Positions 37,042-46,779 of a DNA stretch of 64,000 nucleotides are shown here, piece after piece. Source of the stretch: Tagaea sp. (GTDB lineage Bacteria; Pseudomonadota; Alphaproteobacteria; CACIAM-22H2); assembly GCA_965279525.1 (NCBI GenBank), contig CBDIIB010000002.1, forward strand, positions 256,001-320,000. The letters are read 5' to 3'. The notes under the pieces are model-generated. The model was not told where the DNA came from. It was given only the letters and a program-made list of their open reading frames with translations, and did no database searches. Numbering within the stretch: position 1 is the stretch's first letter; the number at the start of each line of letters is the position of its first letter. The position numbers and the translations under genes were made by a program.

Positions 37042-38031
37042 ATGACGGCGATCGCGGCAGCGGGCGGGCACGAGCCGGAGATGGCCGGCGGCGACATGCG
37101 CTGGGGCATGGTCGCCTCGGGCGCCCTCCATGTCGCGGTGTTCGCGTTCGCGATCCTCGATCCCTTGAGCCTTCTTCGCCCGCGCGTGGAAGTCGTAGAT
37201 GCCCCGCTGATATTCGAAGTCCTCCCCATTGCCGCGATCACCAACGCGCCGCCGCCGCGCCCCGATCCGCCGGCCCCCACACCGCCCAAGGTCGAAGCAC
37301 CGCCTGCCGAAACGCCGGCGCCGCCGGCACCGGTGCCCCCGCGTCCGCAGCCGGCACCACCCCCGCCGCCGCCGCCTCCGCCACCGCCGGCCCCCGCACC
37401 GCCCGCACCCCCGGCGCCTGCACCCGCACCGCCGCCGCCCCTGCCGGTGCCGGCGCCGCGCGTCGAGCCCACGCCGGCACCCGTGCCGGCCCCCGCACCG
37501 CCGGCCCCGCCGCGCCCGGTCGCCGTGGCGCCGCCGGCCCCGCCCGCACCGGCCCCGCGCCAGCAGCCGCCGCAGTTCAATCTCGACAACGTGCTGCGCG
37601 ACCTCACGCGTCCGCGCCCGCAAGCACCCGCTGCGGCCCCCACGCCGGCACCGCCGGCCCCCCAGCAGACCGCGCGCGCGGCATCGAACGCGCCCAGCAA
37701 TCCGCTGTTGCCGCTGTCGATGACCGAGACCGACGCGATCCGCCAGCGCGTGTCGCAGTTCTGGAACATCGATGCCGGTGCGCGCGGCGTGGAGACCTTC
37801 GCGGTCGAACTGCGCGTCTGGGTGCTGCCCGACGGCACCGTCCAGGACGTGAAGATCGAACGCACGACCGGCGAGGACGGCCCGTTCCGCCAGGCTTTCG
37901 CCGAGGGTGCGCGCCGTGCCGTGCTGCGCGCCTCGCCGCTGCCGATGCCCGCCAACAACGCCCAGCAGATGACCAACGGCAACCTGACGCTCGCCTTCAA
38001 GGCCGCCGAAATGCTGGGCCAGAGACGCTGA
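37042..38031 (+). CDS. tolA: TolA, with very proline-rich linker
   Basis: TM with SGALH motif, about 120-aa Pro/Ala stretch, C-terminal TonB/TolA-like domain; located between tolR and tolB. Confidence 0.85.
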   Translation: MTAIAAAGGHEPEMAGGDMRWGMVASGALHVAVFAFAILDPLSLLRPRVEVVDAPLIFEVLPIAAITNAPPPRPDPPAPTPPKVEAPPAETPAPPAPVPPRPQPAPPPPPPPPPPPAPAPPAPPAPAPAPPPPLPVPAPRVEPTPAPVPAPAPPAPPRPVAVAPPAPPAPAPRQQPPQFNLDNVLRDLTRPRPQAPAAAPTPAPPAPQQTARAASNAPSNPLLPLSMTETDAIRQRVSQFWNIDAGARGVETFAVELRVWVLPDGTVQDVKIERTTGEDGPFRQAFAEGARRAVLRASPLPMPANNAQQMTNGNLTLAFKAAEMLGQRR

Positions 38032-38081
38032 CGACCGAATCGTTCTAGAACTTCACCGACGCATCCGATTGGATTTCCCCG

Positions 38082-39452
38082 ATGACGATGATCGACCGCT
38101 CCAGCTTCCCGATGTCGCGCCGCGCAATGTTCGCCGGCGGTCTCGCCCTTGCCGCCGCGACACCGGCCGCCGCGCAGGTGCGCATCGACATCACGCGCGG
38201 ACGCGTCGATCCCGTCCCCACGGCGGTGTCGAACTTCTTCGGCGAAGGGCCGGACGAGGCGACGGGGCGCGAGATGGCCAAGGTCATCTCGGGCAACCTC
38301 GATCGCTCGGGCCTGTTCCGCCCGATCGACCAGAAGGCCTACATCCAGACGCCGGCCCAGATGCGCACGGCACCGCCGCGCTTTCCCGACTGGCGCAGCC
38401 TGAACGCCGCTTTGCTCGTGCAAGGCACGGTCGAAACGCAGCGCGACGGGCGCCTGCGCGTCGAGTTCCGCCTGTGGGACGTCTACGGCGAAAGCCAGAT
38501 GGAGGGCCGCGTCTACACGACGGTGGCCGCGAACTGGCGGCGGATCGCGCACATCGTGTCGGACGCGGTCTACAAGCGCGTGACGGGCGAGGACGGCTAT
38601 TTCGACACGCGCGTCGTCTACATCTCGGAATCGGGTCCGCAGCAGCGGCGCGTCAAGCGCCTGGCGATCATGGACCAGGACGGAGCGAACCACCGCTTCC
38701 TGACCGACGGACGCGAACTTGTCCTGACGCCGCGCTTCTCGCCGACAGCGCAGGAGATCACGTATCTCGCCTACGTGCCGTCGCCCAGCAATCCCAACAT
38801 CGTCCGGCCGCGCGTCTATCTCTACAACATCGACACGGGCCAGCGCGAAGTGGTCGGCGATTTCCCCGGGATGACGTTCGCGCCCCGCTTCTCGCCCGAC
38901 GGCAACCGCGTGATCATGTCGATGTCCCAGCAGGGCAACACCGACGTCTATTCGATGGACCTGCGCACGCGCCAGGTGCTGCGCGTGACCAACCATCCGT
39001 CGATCAACACCTCGCCGTCCTATTCGCCCGACGCGCGCCAGATCGTTTTCAACTCCGATCGCGGCGGCACGCAACAGTTGTACACGATGACGGCCACCGG
39101 CGAGAACGTGCAGCGCATCAGCTTCGGCACGGGGCGCTACGCCACGCCCGTCTGGTCGCCGCGCGGCGATCTCATCGCCTTCACGAAGCAGACGGAAGGC
39201 GAATTTTACATCGGCGTGATGCGCCCCGACGGCAAGGACGAGCGCCTGCTGACCCGCGCGTTCCTGGTCGAAGCCCCCACTTGGGCGCCGAATGGCCGCG
39301 TAGTGATGTATTTTCGCCAAGGCCCCACGGATGCCCGCGGACAGGGCGGGAATCCACGACTTTATTCAATTGATCTAACGGGTTACAACGAACGGGAGAT
39401 CATCACGCCGGCGGACGGTTCGGACCCCGCCTGGTCGCCGCTACTGCCTTGA
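38082..39452 (+). CDS. tolB: TolB
   Basis: LDRSGLF, VEFRLWDV, WRRIAH, GYFDTRVVY, KRLAIMDQDGAN, PD40 repeats (PRFSP, PSYSP, PVWSP). Confidence 0.96.
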   Translation: MTMIDRSSFPMSRRAMFAGGLALAAATPAAAQVRIDITRGRVDPVPTAVSNFFGEGPDEATGREMAKVISGNLDRSGLFRPIDQKAYIQTPAQMRTAPPRFPDWRSLNAALLVQGTVETQRDGRLRVEFRLWDVYGESQMEGRVYTTVAANWRRIAHIVSDAVYKRVTGEDGYFDTRVVYISESGPQQRRVKRLAIMDQDGANHRFLTDGRELVLTPRFSPTAQEITYLAYVPSPSNPNIVRPRVYLYNIDTGQREVVGDFPGMTFAPRFSPDGNRVIMSMSQQGNTDVYSMDLRTRQVLRVTNHPSINTSPSYSPDARQIVFNSDRGGTQQLYTMTATGENVQRISFGTGRYATPVWSPRGDLIAFTKQTEGEFYIGVMRPDGKDERLLTRAFLVEAPTWAPNGRVVMYFRQGPTDARGQGGNPRLYSIDLTGYNEREIITPADGSDPAWSPLLP

Positions 39453-39707
39453 ACTGCCTTGACCATCCTTGATTTGTAACAACCCGGCCTTTATATTCCG
39501 CTCGGTTTTGCCAAAGCGGACGCGTCTTCGGTGCACGCCTTGCGACAAACCGTCTATGCGCATTTCGCCTGCCTTCGGGTATGACGCCTGCGCAAAATGC
39601 GGTTTTCGCACTGCGAACGACGATGATCCGCTGCGGTCAGAAGACAAGCCACATACCGACACGCCACATCCCGAGACGTGGGTAGGAAGAAAGAGGAGTT
39701 CGATTAA

Positions 39708-40214
39708 ATGCGCTTTAAGCTGATGAGCATGCTTGCCGCGGTCGCCCTGCTGGCTGCGTGCGAAACCGCCCCGCAGAACACGGCCGCCACCGGCGGCGCC
39801 GGCGCTGCCGGCGGAGCCCCGGCACCGGCTGCCCAGGCTGCACCGGCCGGCCCGCGTCCGGGTTCGCAGGAAGATCTGGTCCGCAACGTCGGCGATCGCA
39901 TTTTCTACGACTTCGACAAGTCGGAACTGCGTCCGGAAGCCCGCCGCACGATCGAGCGCTGGGCCGGCTGGCTCAAGCAGTACCCGCAGGTCACCGTGAC
40001 CGTCGAAGGTCACGCCGACGAGCGCGGCACGCGCGAGTACAACATCGCGCTGGGCGAGCGTCGCGCCACCGCGGCCCGCAACTTCCTCGTCTCGCAGGGC
40101 ATCGACGCCCGCCGCGTGGCGACGATCTCGTACGGCAAGGAACGCCCGGCGGTCCTCGGCTCGAACGAGGCGGCCTGGTCGCAGAACCGCCGCGCGGTGA
40201 TGCAGGTCAACTAA
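39708..40214 (+). CDS. pal: Peptidoglycan-associated lipoprotein Pal (copy 1)
   Basis: Lipobox LAAC; VGDRIFYDFDKS, EGHADERGTREYNIALGERRA, SYGKERP, WSQNRRAV. Confidence 0.95.
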   Translation: MRFKLMSMLAAVALLAACETAPQNTAATGGAGAAGGAPAPAAQAAPAGPRPGSQEDLVRNVGDRIFYDFDKSELRPEARRTIERWAGWLKQYPQVTVTVEGHADERGTREYNIALGERRATAARNFLVSQGIDARRVATISYGKERPAVLGSNEAAWSQNRRAVMQVN

Positions 40215-40255
40215 GTCCGCCGGCGGTCCGCCGCCGAGCGACGACTGGTATCGAA

Positions 40256-40293
40256 GCGCCCGTCCGGGAAAACCCGGGCGGGCGTTTTCGTTT
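40256..40293 (+). terminator. Rho-independent terminator after pal
   Basis: GCGCCCGTCCGGG-aaaa-CCCGGGCGGGCGT stem-loop followed by T-rich bases. Confidence 0.75.
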
Positions 40294-40323
40294 GAGGAAC
40301 AACCGAACAGGCCCGGAAATCCC

Positions 40324-40746
40324 ATGCAGCTGCGCCACCATCTGACGATCCTCGCTTTCGCCGCCGCATTGGCCGCGTGCGCGTCGACCACCCCGCCGCC
40401 GCCGGCCGAGCCCGAACAGCGCGTCTATCTCGTCTTCTTCGAGGTCGACAGCGCCGCCCTCACGCCCGCGGCGCGCCAGGCGCTGGCGAACCTGCCCGAA
40501 CGCCTTGCGCGCGTGGCGCAGGCGCGCGTGACGATCGAGGGCCACACCGACGCGGTGGGCTCGGCGGCCCACAACGAGCGGCTCGGCGAGCGGCGGGCCG
40601 CCGCCGTGCGCGACTTCCTGACCGGCAGCGGGGTCGAGGCGCTGCGCATCGACACGATGTCGTACGGCGCCGAGGCCGCCGGCGCACTGGGACCCGACGA
40701 ACGGGCCTCGGCGCTGCTGCGCCGGGTCGTCGTTCGCGTCCACTGA
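40324..40746 (+). CDS. OmpA-family/Pal-like lipoprotein (divergent)
   Basis: Lipobox LAAC; VFFEVDSAALT, IEGHTDAVGSAAHNERLGERRAAAVRDFL, SYG. Confidence 0.88.
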   Translation: MQLRHHLTILAFAAALAACASTTPPPPAEPEQRVYLVFFEVDSAALTPAARQALANLPERLARVAQARVTIEGHTDAVGSAAHNERLGERRAAAVRDFLTGSGVEALRIDTMSYGAEAAGALGPDERASALLRRVVVRVH

Positions 40747-40868
40747 AAGCACGCTGCCGCAAAAGCGCCGCACTCCGGCCGCCTGCAGGACATCTTTACG
40801 ATGCAGGTTGCATGCACGCCGATTCGCGGGCGAAAAGGCGCGGCGTCCAACCGGAGGATATCAGGAAA

Positions 40869-41408
40869 ATGCGTATCAAGATGCTGGCCGCCGTCGCGGC
40901 CTTGGCGCTGCTTGCGGCGTGCGACACGACCGGAACCAACAGCAGCGGCGTGACCGGAACCGGCGGCGTGCCGGCGGTCGCCAACGCGCCCGGCAGCGGC
41001 ATCGGCAGTTCCGGCGTGGGTTCGGGCGCCCTTGGCGCCGGCGCGGTCCGCCCGGGCAGCCAGGAAGATCTCGCCGCGAAGGTCGGCGACCGCATCTATT
41101 ACGACTCCGACCGCTCGGACCTGCGCGCCGACGCGCGCCGCACGGTCGAAGGCTGGGCAGGGTGGATGCGCCAGAACCCGCAGGTCTCCGTCACGATCGA
41201 AGGCCATGCCGACGAGCGCGGGACCCGCGAATACAATCTGGCGCTCGGCGAGCGCCGGGCGGCCGCCGCACGTAATTTCCTGATCACCCAGGGCATCGAG
41301 GCGCGCCGCATCGCCACGGTCTCCTACGGCAAGGAACGCCCGCAGGTCCTCGGCTCGACCGAACAGGCCTGGGGCCAGAACCGCCGCGGCGTGATGCTGG
41401 TGAACTGA
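40869..41408 (+). CDS. pal: Pal paralog (copy 2) with Gly/Ser-rich linker
   Basis: Lipobox LAAC; VGDRIYYDSDRS, EGHADERGTREYNLALGERRA, WGQNRRGV. Confidence 0.92.
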   Translation: MRIKMLAAVAALALLAACDTTGTNSSGVTGTGGVPAVANAPGSGIGSSGVGSGALGAGAVRPGSQEDLAAKVGDRIYYDSDRSDLRADARRTVEGWAGWMRQNPQVSVTIEGHADERGTREYNLALGERRAAAARNFLITQGIEARRIATVSYGKERPQVLGSTEQAWGQNRRGVMLVN

Positions 41409-41421
41409 AGCGAACCCCAAT

Positions 41422-41451
41422 CCCTCTCCCGCTTGCGGGAGAGGGTGAGGG
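41422..41451. repeat. REP-like palindromic element
   Basis: CCCTCTCCCGC-tt-GCGGGAGAGGG followed by TGAGGG. Confidence 0.75.
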
Positions 41452-41485
41452 ATGTTTCGTCCTTATAGGGATGTTTCGTCCTTAT
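41448..41485. repeat. Perfect 19-bp tandem duplication
   Basis: AGGGATGTTTCGTCCTTAT x2 (41448-41466, 41467-41485). Confidence 0.85.
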
Positions 41486-41576
41486 ATCGCCTATATTCCG
41501 CCCTCAAACCGCCCGCCATCTTTCCGAAGGTTGCAATATGACCGGACGTCCCGTCCGGTTGTAGGGGGAGGGGGAA

Positions 41577-42011
41577 ATGTCCAAAAGCCTGATCGCGATG
41601 CTCGGCGTAGCCTTGTTGCTCGGAGCGTGCAGCAGCGAGCAAAATTCAGCTGGTTCAGCTTCCGATAGTTCGACACCAAGTCGCCCGAGTATTCGCCCGG
41701 GCATCCAGAGCCCCAACTGGGGAATGGGAATCGGCGATCGGGTCTTTTTCGAATTCGACAAGACGGAGCTGCGGGCGGAATCTCGTAAAGCGATTGAGGG
41801 ATGGGCTGCTTGGCTGAAACGGAATCCGCAGGTCACGATGACCATCGAAGGCCATGCCGATGAACTCGGAACCCGGGAATACAACATCGCACTGGGCGAG
41901 CGGCGGGCTGTTGCAGCACGAAATTATCTTCTGGCCCAGGGCATTGACGCCAGTCGCGTGACATTCATCTCGTACGGCAAGGAGCGTCCGGCCGTCCTCG
42001 GCTCCGCGTGA
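41577..42011 (+). CDS. pal: Pal paralog (copy 3), C-terminally truncated, possibly a pseudogene
   Basis: Lipobox LGAC; IGDRVFFEFDKTEL, EGHADELGTREYNIALGERRA; ends SYGKERPAVLGSA without the W..NRR segment; visibly more AT-rich codons. Confidence 0.8.
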   Translation: MSKSLIAMLGVALLLGACSSEQNSAGSASDSSTPSRPSIRPGIQSPNWGMGIGDRVFFEFDKTELRAESRKAIEGWAAWLKRNPQVTMTIEGHADELGTREYNIALGERRAVAARNYLLAQGIDASRVTFISYGKERPAVLGSA

Positions 42012-42019
42012 TGCTGGAA

Positions 42020-42076
42020 CCCCTCACCCCCGCCCTCTCCCGCAATGCGCCGGCGGGAGAGGGTTAGGGTGAGGGG
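42020..42076. repeat. REP-like palindromic element (second copy, longer)
   Basis: CCCCTCACCC..CCCTCTCCCGC-loop-GCGGGAGAGGG..GGGTGAGGGG nested inverted repeat. Confidence 0.75.
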
Positions 42077-42121
42077 TATCCGGCGCCTTTATTTCGTCCG
42101 CGGACCTTAAACTCCGCGTCC

Positions 42122-43141
42122 ATGATCCGCCGATTCGCCCTTTGTGCCGCGCTTGCCGTGGCCGCCGCCTGGACAATGCCGGCTCCGGCCCGCGCCCAGT
42201 CGCAAGACCTCCGCCCGCTGATCGACCGCATGGACCGCCTGCAGCGCGACATGGATGTCATGCAGCGCAATCTCGCGCGCGGCGGTGGCGGGAGCGGTGC
42301 GGTGCAGCCGGTCAGTCCGCCGCCCCCCCAGCAGATGGCGCCGGGAGCCGGGAACACGCCGTCGAGCGGTTTCGTCGAGCAGACCGATATCCGCCTGTCT
42401 GCCCTCGAGGGCCAGATGCGCGACCTCACGGGTCGCATCGAGGAGGCGCTCAACCGCATCAATGTCGCCCAGCAGCGGCTCGACAAGCTCGTCGGCGACG
42501 TCGATTTCCGCCTTGGCCAGATCGAAAAGGGCGGGGCGCCGGCTCCTGCCGCCGATGCCGCGGCCGCACCGGCCGCCACCGCACCGACCACGCCGTCCTC
42601 GCCACCCGTCGTCCGGCCCGGCGAGGCGCGCATCCAGCTCGTTCCCGGCGGCCCGCCGACGGCACCGCAGGCCGCGAACCCGCAGGCCGCACAGGCCGGC
42701 GGGGCGCCCGCCGCCGCTGCAAACGTCACGCTGCCCGCCGGCCCGCCCGAGACGCAGTACGAATTCGCCTACGGGCTCTACCAGCAGGCGGTGCAGGACC
42801 GCGGCGATTTCGGCCGTGCCGAAAGCGCGTTGCGCGGCTTTGTATCGGCCAACGGCACGCACCGTCTTGCCGGCGATGCGCAGTACTGGCTGGGCGAGAC
42901 GTTCTATGCGCGGCGCGACTGGACCAACGCGTCGGCCGCCTTCGCCGAACAGTTCCGCCGCTTTCCGCAGAACGCCAAGGCGCCAGACAGTCTGCTGCGT
43001 CTGGGCCAGTCGCTCGGCCAGCTCAACCGCAAGGCGGATGCCTGCGGCACGCTTGCCGAACTCGACCGGCGCTATCCCGCCGCCACCCAGTCGATAAAGA
43101 TCGCCGCCCAGCGCGAACGCACCCGCCTGACGTGCGGCTAG
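42122..43141 (+). CDS. cpoB: Cell division coordinator CpoB (YbgF)
   Basis: Signal peptide, coiled coil (LEGQMRDLTGRIEE), TPR LAGDAQYWLGE, KAPDSLLRLG, ACGTL. Confidence 0.92.
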   Translation: MIRRFALCAALAVAAAWTMPAPARAQSQDLRPLIDRMDRLQRDMDVMQRNLARGGGGSGAVQPVSPPPPQQMAPGAGNTPSSGFVEQTDIRLSALEGQMRDLTGRIEEALNRINVAQQRLDKLVGDVDFRLGQIEKGGAPAPAADAAAAPAATAPTTPSSPPVVRPGEARIQLVPGGPPTAPQAANPQAAQAGGAPAAAANVTLPAGPPETQYEFAYGLYQQAVQDRGDFGRAESALRGFVSANGTHRLAGDAQYWLGETFYARRDWTNASAAFAEQFRRFPQNAKAPDSLLRLGQSLGQLNRKADACGTLAELDRRYPAATQSIKIAAQRERTRLTCG

Positions 43142-43154
43142 GCCGCCAGGTGCC

Positions 43155-44468
43155 GTGACCGGCGCCGGCACGCCCGTTCCGCCGGCCGCGTTCGCCGCGG
43201 CGATGGCGCGGCTGGGACCCTTCGAATCGAACCCGCATGTCGCCGTCGCCTGGTCGGGCGGCGGGGATTCGACCGCATTGCTCGCACTTGCCCTCGATTG
43301 GGCGAAAACGCAAGGCGGGCGGGTGCGCGCCCTTCATGTCGATCATGGCCTGCGCGCGAACTCCGCCGACGAAGCGCGGCTGCTGGCCGCGCGCGCCGCG
43401 TCCCTCGGCGTCGAGTTCGAATGCCGGCACTGGCAGGGCCCCAAGCCCGCGACCGGCGTGATGGCGGCGGCGCGCGACGCACGCATGGCACTGCTCGAAG
43501 AGGCGTGCGCGCGCGCCGGCATCTGGCATGTCCTGCTCGGCCACACCGTCGACGACCAGCGCGAGACGGCCGCCTTGCGCGACGCGCGCGGCTCGGGTGC
43601 CGACGGGCTTGCCGGCATGTCGGCGATCGTCGAGCGCACGCACATGCGCCTCGTGCGTCCGCTGCTGGGCTTCTCGCACGACGACCTTCTGGCAACCTGC
43701 CGCGCGCGCGGGCTCGACTGGTTCGAAGACCCGAGCAACCGCGATCCGCGCTTCGCGCGGGCGGCGTTGCGCCTTGCCGGCGACCTGCCCGACATGCCGT
43801 TCGAAGCGCGTGCGCAGGCGCGCGCGGCACGCGAAGCGGAACTGGCCCGCCTTCTGGCAGGCGGCGTGGCGCTCGATCCGGCGGGTTTCGCCTTCGTCGA
43901 CCGGGCGGCCCTGGCGCAGGTCCCGTTCGACATGGCGTGTGCCGTCCTCGCGCGCGTCACGCGCACCGTCGGCGGCGGCGACTATGCGCCGCGCGGCGCA
44001 CGCGTCGAGACGACGATGCGCGCCCTTGGCGAGGCGGGCAGCGTGTCCGCGCGCACGCTTGGCCGTTGTCGGCTGGTACCCGTGAAAGACGGCAGGCTGC
44101 TCGTCGCGCGCGAGGCGGCCGATCTCGAGCCTCCAGTCGCCCTCGAAGCGGGCCTGCCGGTCCGCTGGGACGGCCGGTTCGAGGCACGCCTTCGTTCCGG
44201 TTCCGGTCTCGTTCTGGGCGCATTGGGAGACAAGGGCTGGGCTGGATTGCCGCGCGAGCTGCGCGAGAAGGCGGCCAGACGCGTGCCGCCGGCAGCACGG
44301 GCGAGCCTTCCGGCGTTACGGGACCTTGACGGGGTGGTCGCGGTACCCCACCTCTTTTATGGACGTCCACGCTATCCGCTTGATACCGTGGGCATCCGTT
44401 TCCGTCCCCGGCATGCATTGGCTGGCCCGCTCTTCGCCGGTCCGTTCGTGGAGCCGGCGGGCAGCTAG
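43155..44468 (+). CDS. tilS: tRNA(Ile)-lysidine synthetase
   Basis: VAWSGGGDS, VDHGLR, AARDAR, GHTVDDQRET, VRPLL, WFEDPSN. Confidence 0.92.
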   Translation: MTGAGTPVPPAAFAAAMARLGPFESNPHVAVAWSGGGDSTALLALALDWAKTQGGRVRALHVDHGLRANSADEARLLAARAASLGVEFECRHWQGPKPATGVMAAARDARMALLEEACARAGIWHVLLGHTVDDQRETAALRDARGSGADGLAGMSAIVERTHMRLVRPLLGFSHDDLLATCRARGLDWFEDPSNRDPRFARAALRLAGDLPDMPFEARAQARAAREAELARLLAGGVALDPAGFAFVDRAALAQVPFDMACAVLARVTRTVGGGDYAPRGARVETTMRALGEAGSVSARTLGRCRLVPVKDGRLLVAREAADLEPPVALEAGLPVRWDGRFEARLRSGSGLVLGALGDKGWAGLPRELREKAARRVPPAARASLPALRDLDGVVAVPHLFYGRPRYPLDTVGIRFRPRHALAGPLFAGPFVEPAGS

Positions 44469-44489
44469 TCGTTCAGCGAGGCCAAGTCC

Positions 44490-46421
44490 TTGAATAATTT
44501 CGGCAAAAATCTGGCGCTGTGGGTGATCATCGGTTTGCTGCTGATCGCGCTCTTCAATCTCTTCCAGGGGTCGAGCCCGCGCGGCAATGCCGCCCAGATC
44601 CAGTATTCCGAGTTCCTGAACATGGTCGAGCGCCAGCAGGTGCGCGACGTGACGATCTCCGGCCCGCAGGTCCGCGGCCATCTGCAGCCCGACGGGCGCA
44701 GCTTCGTCACCTATGCGCCCAACGATCCCTCGCTCGTCGAGCGCCTGCAGAAGGCCAATGTGTCGTTCTCGGCGGCGCCGCTCGAAGAGCCGATGCATCC
44801 GCTGCTCCAGATCCTGATCTCGTGGGCGCCGTTCCTCGTCATGATCGGCCTGTGGGTGTTCTTCATGCGCCAGATGCAGGGCGGTGGCGGGCGCGCGATG
44901 GGCTTCGGCAAGTCGAAGGCCCGCCTGCTGACCGAAAAGGTCGGCCGCGTGACGTTCGAGGACGTCGCGGGCATCGACGAGGCCAAGCAGGAACTGGAAG
45001 AGATCGTCGAGTTCCTGCGCGATCCGCAGAAGTTCCAGCGCCTCGGCGGCAAGATCCCCAAGGGCGTGCTGCTCGTCGGCCCGCCGGGTACCGGCAAGAC
45101 GCTGCTCGCGCGCGCCATCGCGGGCGAAGCCAACGTGCCGTTCTTCACGATTTCGGGCTCCGACTTCGTCGAGATGTTCGTCGGCGTGGGCGCGAGCCGC
45201 GTGCGCGACATGTTCGAGCAGGGCAAGAAGAACGCGCCGTGCCTGATCTTCATCGACGAAATCGACGCGGTCGGCCGCCATCGCGGTGCCGGCCTCGGCG
45301 GCGGCAACGACGAGCGCGAGCAGACGCTCAACCAACTGCTCGTCGAGATGGACGGCTTCGAGGCGAACGAAGGCGTGATCCTGATCGCGGCCACGAACCG
45401 CCCCGACGTGCTCGACCCGGCACTGCTGCGCCCGGGCCGCTTCGACCGTCAGGTCGTCGTCCCCAATCCCGACGTGCTCGGCCGCGAGAAGATCCTGAAG
45501 GTGCATCTGCGCAAGGTGCCGCTCGCACCCGACGTCGAGCCCAAGGTCATCGCGCGCGGCACGCCCGGTTTTTCGGGTGCGGATCTCGCCAACCTCGTCA
45601 ACGAGGCGGCCCTGCTCGCCGCCCGGCGCGGCAAGCGCATGGTCACGATGGCCGAGCTCGAGGATGCCAAGGACAAGGTCATGATGGGCACCGAGCGGCG
45701 CTCGATGGTCATGACCGAGAAGGAAAAGGAACTGACCGCCTATCACGAGGCCGGGCACGCGCTGCTCGCCCTGTGGGAGGAAGGCAACGATCCGCTCCAC
45801 AAGGTGACGATCATCCCGCGCGGCCGCGCGCTGGGCCTGACGATGAGCCTGCCCGAGCGGGACAAGTACTCGCAGTCGAAGAAGGAGATGGAGGCCCGTC
45901 TGGTGATGGCCTTCGGCGGCCGTGTGGCCGAGCAGATCATCTTCGGCGAGGAGAACGTCACGACCGGCGCTTCGGGCGACATCTCGATGGCGACCAGCGT
46001 GGCGCGCCGCATGGTGACCGAATACGGCATGTCCGAGAAGCTCGGGCGCGTGCGCTATTCGGCCAACGAGCAGGAAGTGTTCCTCGGCCATTCGGTGACG
46101 CAGACGCAGAACATGTCGGAAGTCACCGCCAACACGATCGATTCGGAAGTGCGCCGGATCATCGAGACGGCGGAGGCCAAGGCGCGCGCACTGCTGACCA
46201 AGGGCGTCGACGACCTGCACAAGCTCGCCAAGGCGCTGCTCGAATTCGAGACGCTGTCGGGCGACGAGGTGAAGGCCCTGCTGCGCGGCGAGCCGATCGT
46301 GCGCCCGACGGCCGACGATCCGCCGCCCTCCGCCAAGCCCGGCGGCCGGCGCGGCTCGGTCCCGTCCTCCGGCACCAAGCCCGCCGGCGGCTTCGATCCC
46401 CAGCCCCAGCCGGGCGCCTGA
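44490..46421 (+). CDS. ftsH: ATP-dependent zinc metalloprotease FtsH
   Basis: Two [42 protein letters not shown]. Confidence 0.97.
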   Translation: MNNFGKNLALWVIIGLLLIALFNLFQGSSPRGNAAQIQYSEFLNMVERQQVRDVTISGPQVRGHLQPDGRSFVTYAPNDPSLVERLQKANVSFSAAPLEEPMHPLLQILISWAPFLVMIGLWVFFMRQMQGGGGRAMGFGKSKARLLTEKVGRVTFEDVAGIDEAKQELEEIVEFLRDPQKFQRLGGKIPKGVLLVGPPGTGKTLLARAIAGEANVPFFTISGSDFVEMFVGVGASRVRDMFEQGKKNAPCLIFIDEIDAVGRHRGAGLGGGNDEREQTLNQLLVEMDGFEANEGVILIAATNRPDVLDPALLRPGRFDRQVVVPNPDVLGREKILKVHLRKVPLAPDVEPKVIARGTPGFSGADLANLVNEAALLAARRGKRMVTMAELEDAKDKVMMGTERRSMVMTEKEKELTAYHEAGHALLALWEEGNDPLHKVTIIPRGRALGLTMSLPERDKYSQSKKEMEARLVMAFGGRVAEQIIFGEENVTTGASGDISMATSVARRMVTEYGMSEKLGRVRYSANEQEVFLGHSVTQTQNMSEVTANTIDSEVRRIIETAEAKARALLTKGVDDLHKLAKALLEFETLSGDEVKALLRGEPIVRPTADDPPPSAKPGGRRGSVPSSGTKPAGGFDPQPQPGA

Positions 46422-46436
46422 TCGGCGCGACCGGGA

Positions 46437-46712
46437 TTATCGGCGGATGACGGTGACTGTGCAGCGCTCCGGCGGATCCCGGTCGCTCGCCCGCTTTTTC
46501 AGCGGGATGTGGCAGTGCCGCACATATACGGGTTCCGGCTCGCGCACTCGAGCCGTCTCGCGCGGATTGTCGAGGAACTTCGCCGGTGAGACGAAGTAGG
46601 TGTGGCGCGGGGTCGGCGGGTAGATCGCGGAACCCGGAACGGTGGGCGCCGCCGGCGTTCCGGCGGCTATCGCGGCAATGGCGATGGTAACTGTCGTGTT
46701 CGCTAGCAGCAT
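46437..46712 (-). CDS. Small hypothetical protein, possibly exported
   Basis: Fills the ftsH-folP gap on the opposite strand; hydrophobic N-terminus; AAAGGA upstream; two Cys. Confidence 0.4.
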   Translation of the reverse strand: MLLANTTVTIAIAAIAAGTPAAPTVPGSAIYPPTPRHTYFVSPAKFLDNPRETARVREPEPVYVRHCHIPLKKRASDRDPPERCTVTVIRR

Positions 46713-46779
46713 CCCCGTAGGTCCTTTCTTCATCGCATTTCAGACACAACGCCGCCCTCGGATCGGCTATTCCTAGGCC

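Noticed and set aside
39469-39723. 84-aa ORF with several Cys between tolB and pal
   Set aside because: Atypical codon usage and overlap with the pal start; the tolB-pal gap normally holds the pal promoter and leader
41422-42076. CRISPR array or IS element suggested by the repeats around the last pal copy
   Set aside because: Only two palindromes and one tandem 19-mer; no spacer periodicity, no cas or transposase gene
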